From NCBI RefSeq assembly GCF_006345805.1, contig NC_042999.1, positions 148,614,001 to 148,678,000 on the forward strand: a DNA stretch of 64,000 bases. Reading direction: 5' to 3'. The notes beneath the pieces are model-generated. The model was not told the DNA's origin and did no database searches. It was given only the letters and a program-made list of their open reading frames with translations. Below are positions 63,256-64,000 of the stretch, piece after piece. This DNA is from Octopus sinensis (taxonomy: Eukaryota). A program made the translations under genes and the position numbers. Within the stretch, counting starts at the first letter, position 1, and each line of letters opens with the position of its first letter.

Positions 63256-64000
63256 AACACGTGTGTGTGTGTGTATGTGTTTATCCAGCACTTAAACAAC
63301 CAGTGTTGTTTACATCTCTGTAACTTAGCGGTTTGGAAATGGGAAATCAACACAATAAGTACCTGATTTAGAAGGAGTGCTGTGGTTGATTTGATAAAGT
63401 GGGCTGCAACCCAACAACTGAAAAAGAAATACACACGTGCGCGTGCAGACACGCACACACATGTGTGCACATGCTCATACACACACACACACATGTGCGC
63501 ATGTTCACACAAGCACACAAATCTTCCTTGCTAAGTACTAAGTCCATGTGACCTCACAGTCTCACATCAGCAAAGAACTGGGTTGGGTTTGTGTACAGTT
63601 TGAACCTAAACGTTATGGTTTTATTTGGGGAATGAAACAGCCACGGTACATTAGGTATGCAGAACTTGGTCCAAGTCCAAAACACTCTAACGAACAGAAA
63701 AAAGAAAAACGTAACAAGATCCGATTCACACACTGACTAATAATCCTGCTCTAAATAACATACCACATAGTGATAGATGATATGATAATAACAAAAACAA
63801 AACTGAAAACAAAAGCACATTGCCAAAAGCAATGTAGGGACAGAGAACGCGGTATCACTAAAACTTAATACTAAACTACAACAGTCATAGTATGTTATGG
63901 TCAGCGGCCATTCATCTGAAAATACTATTCTGACTGAATAAACAGAATCTCTTCAATAACTTATAAATGATTTGGGAAGTAAAGCCACAACAGGCACAAA

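Overview
AT-rich, repeat-saturated eukaryotic DNA with no confidently identifiable host gene. The SINE/LINE/MITE repertoire and microsatellite density look like an octopus (coleoid cephalopod) intronic or intergenic region; this species call comes from my recollection of the repeat families, not from a search. The window holds dozens of tRNA-derived SINEs of three head types (my labels A, B, C) and RTE-type 3' tails. It also holds decayed coding relics of RTE, CR1/L2-like and CRE-like (restriction-like endonuclease) non-LTR retrotransposons and of mariner, Tc1 and maT-like transposases. Non-autonomous DNA elements include hAT MITEs with 8-bp TSDs, TTAA-flanked piggyBac-like MITEs, a Helitron and Helentron-type pieces, one of which carries an endonuclease C-terminus. 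Almost all ORFs in the supplied track are microsatellite or TE artefacts. The best leads are a 133-bp-arm foldback, several pre-miRNA-sized hairpins, a CpG-rich left edge, a strong orientation bias and clustering of B SINEs, and two unproven, phase-compatible chains of small exons on opposite strands. I found no evidence of a clearly new biological system.
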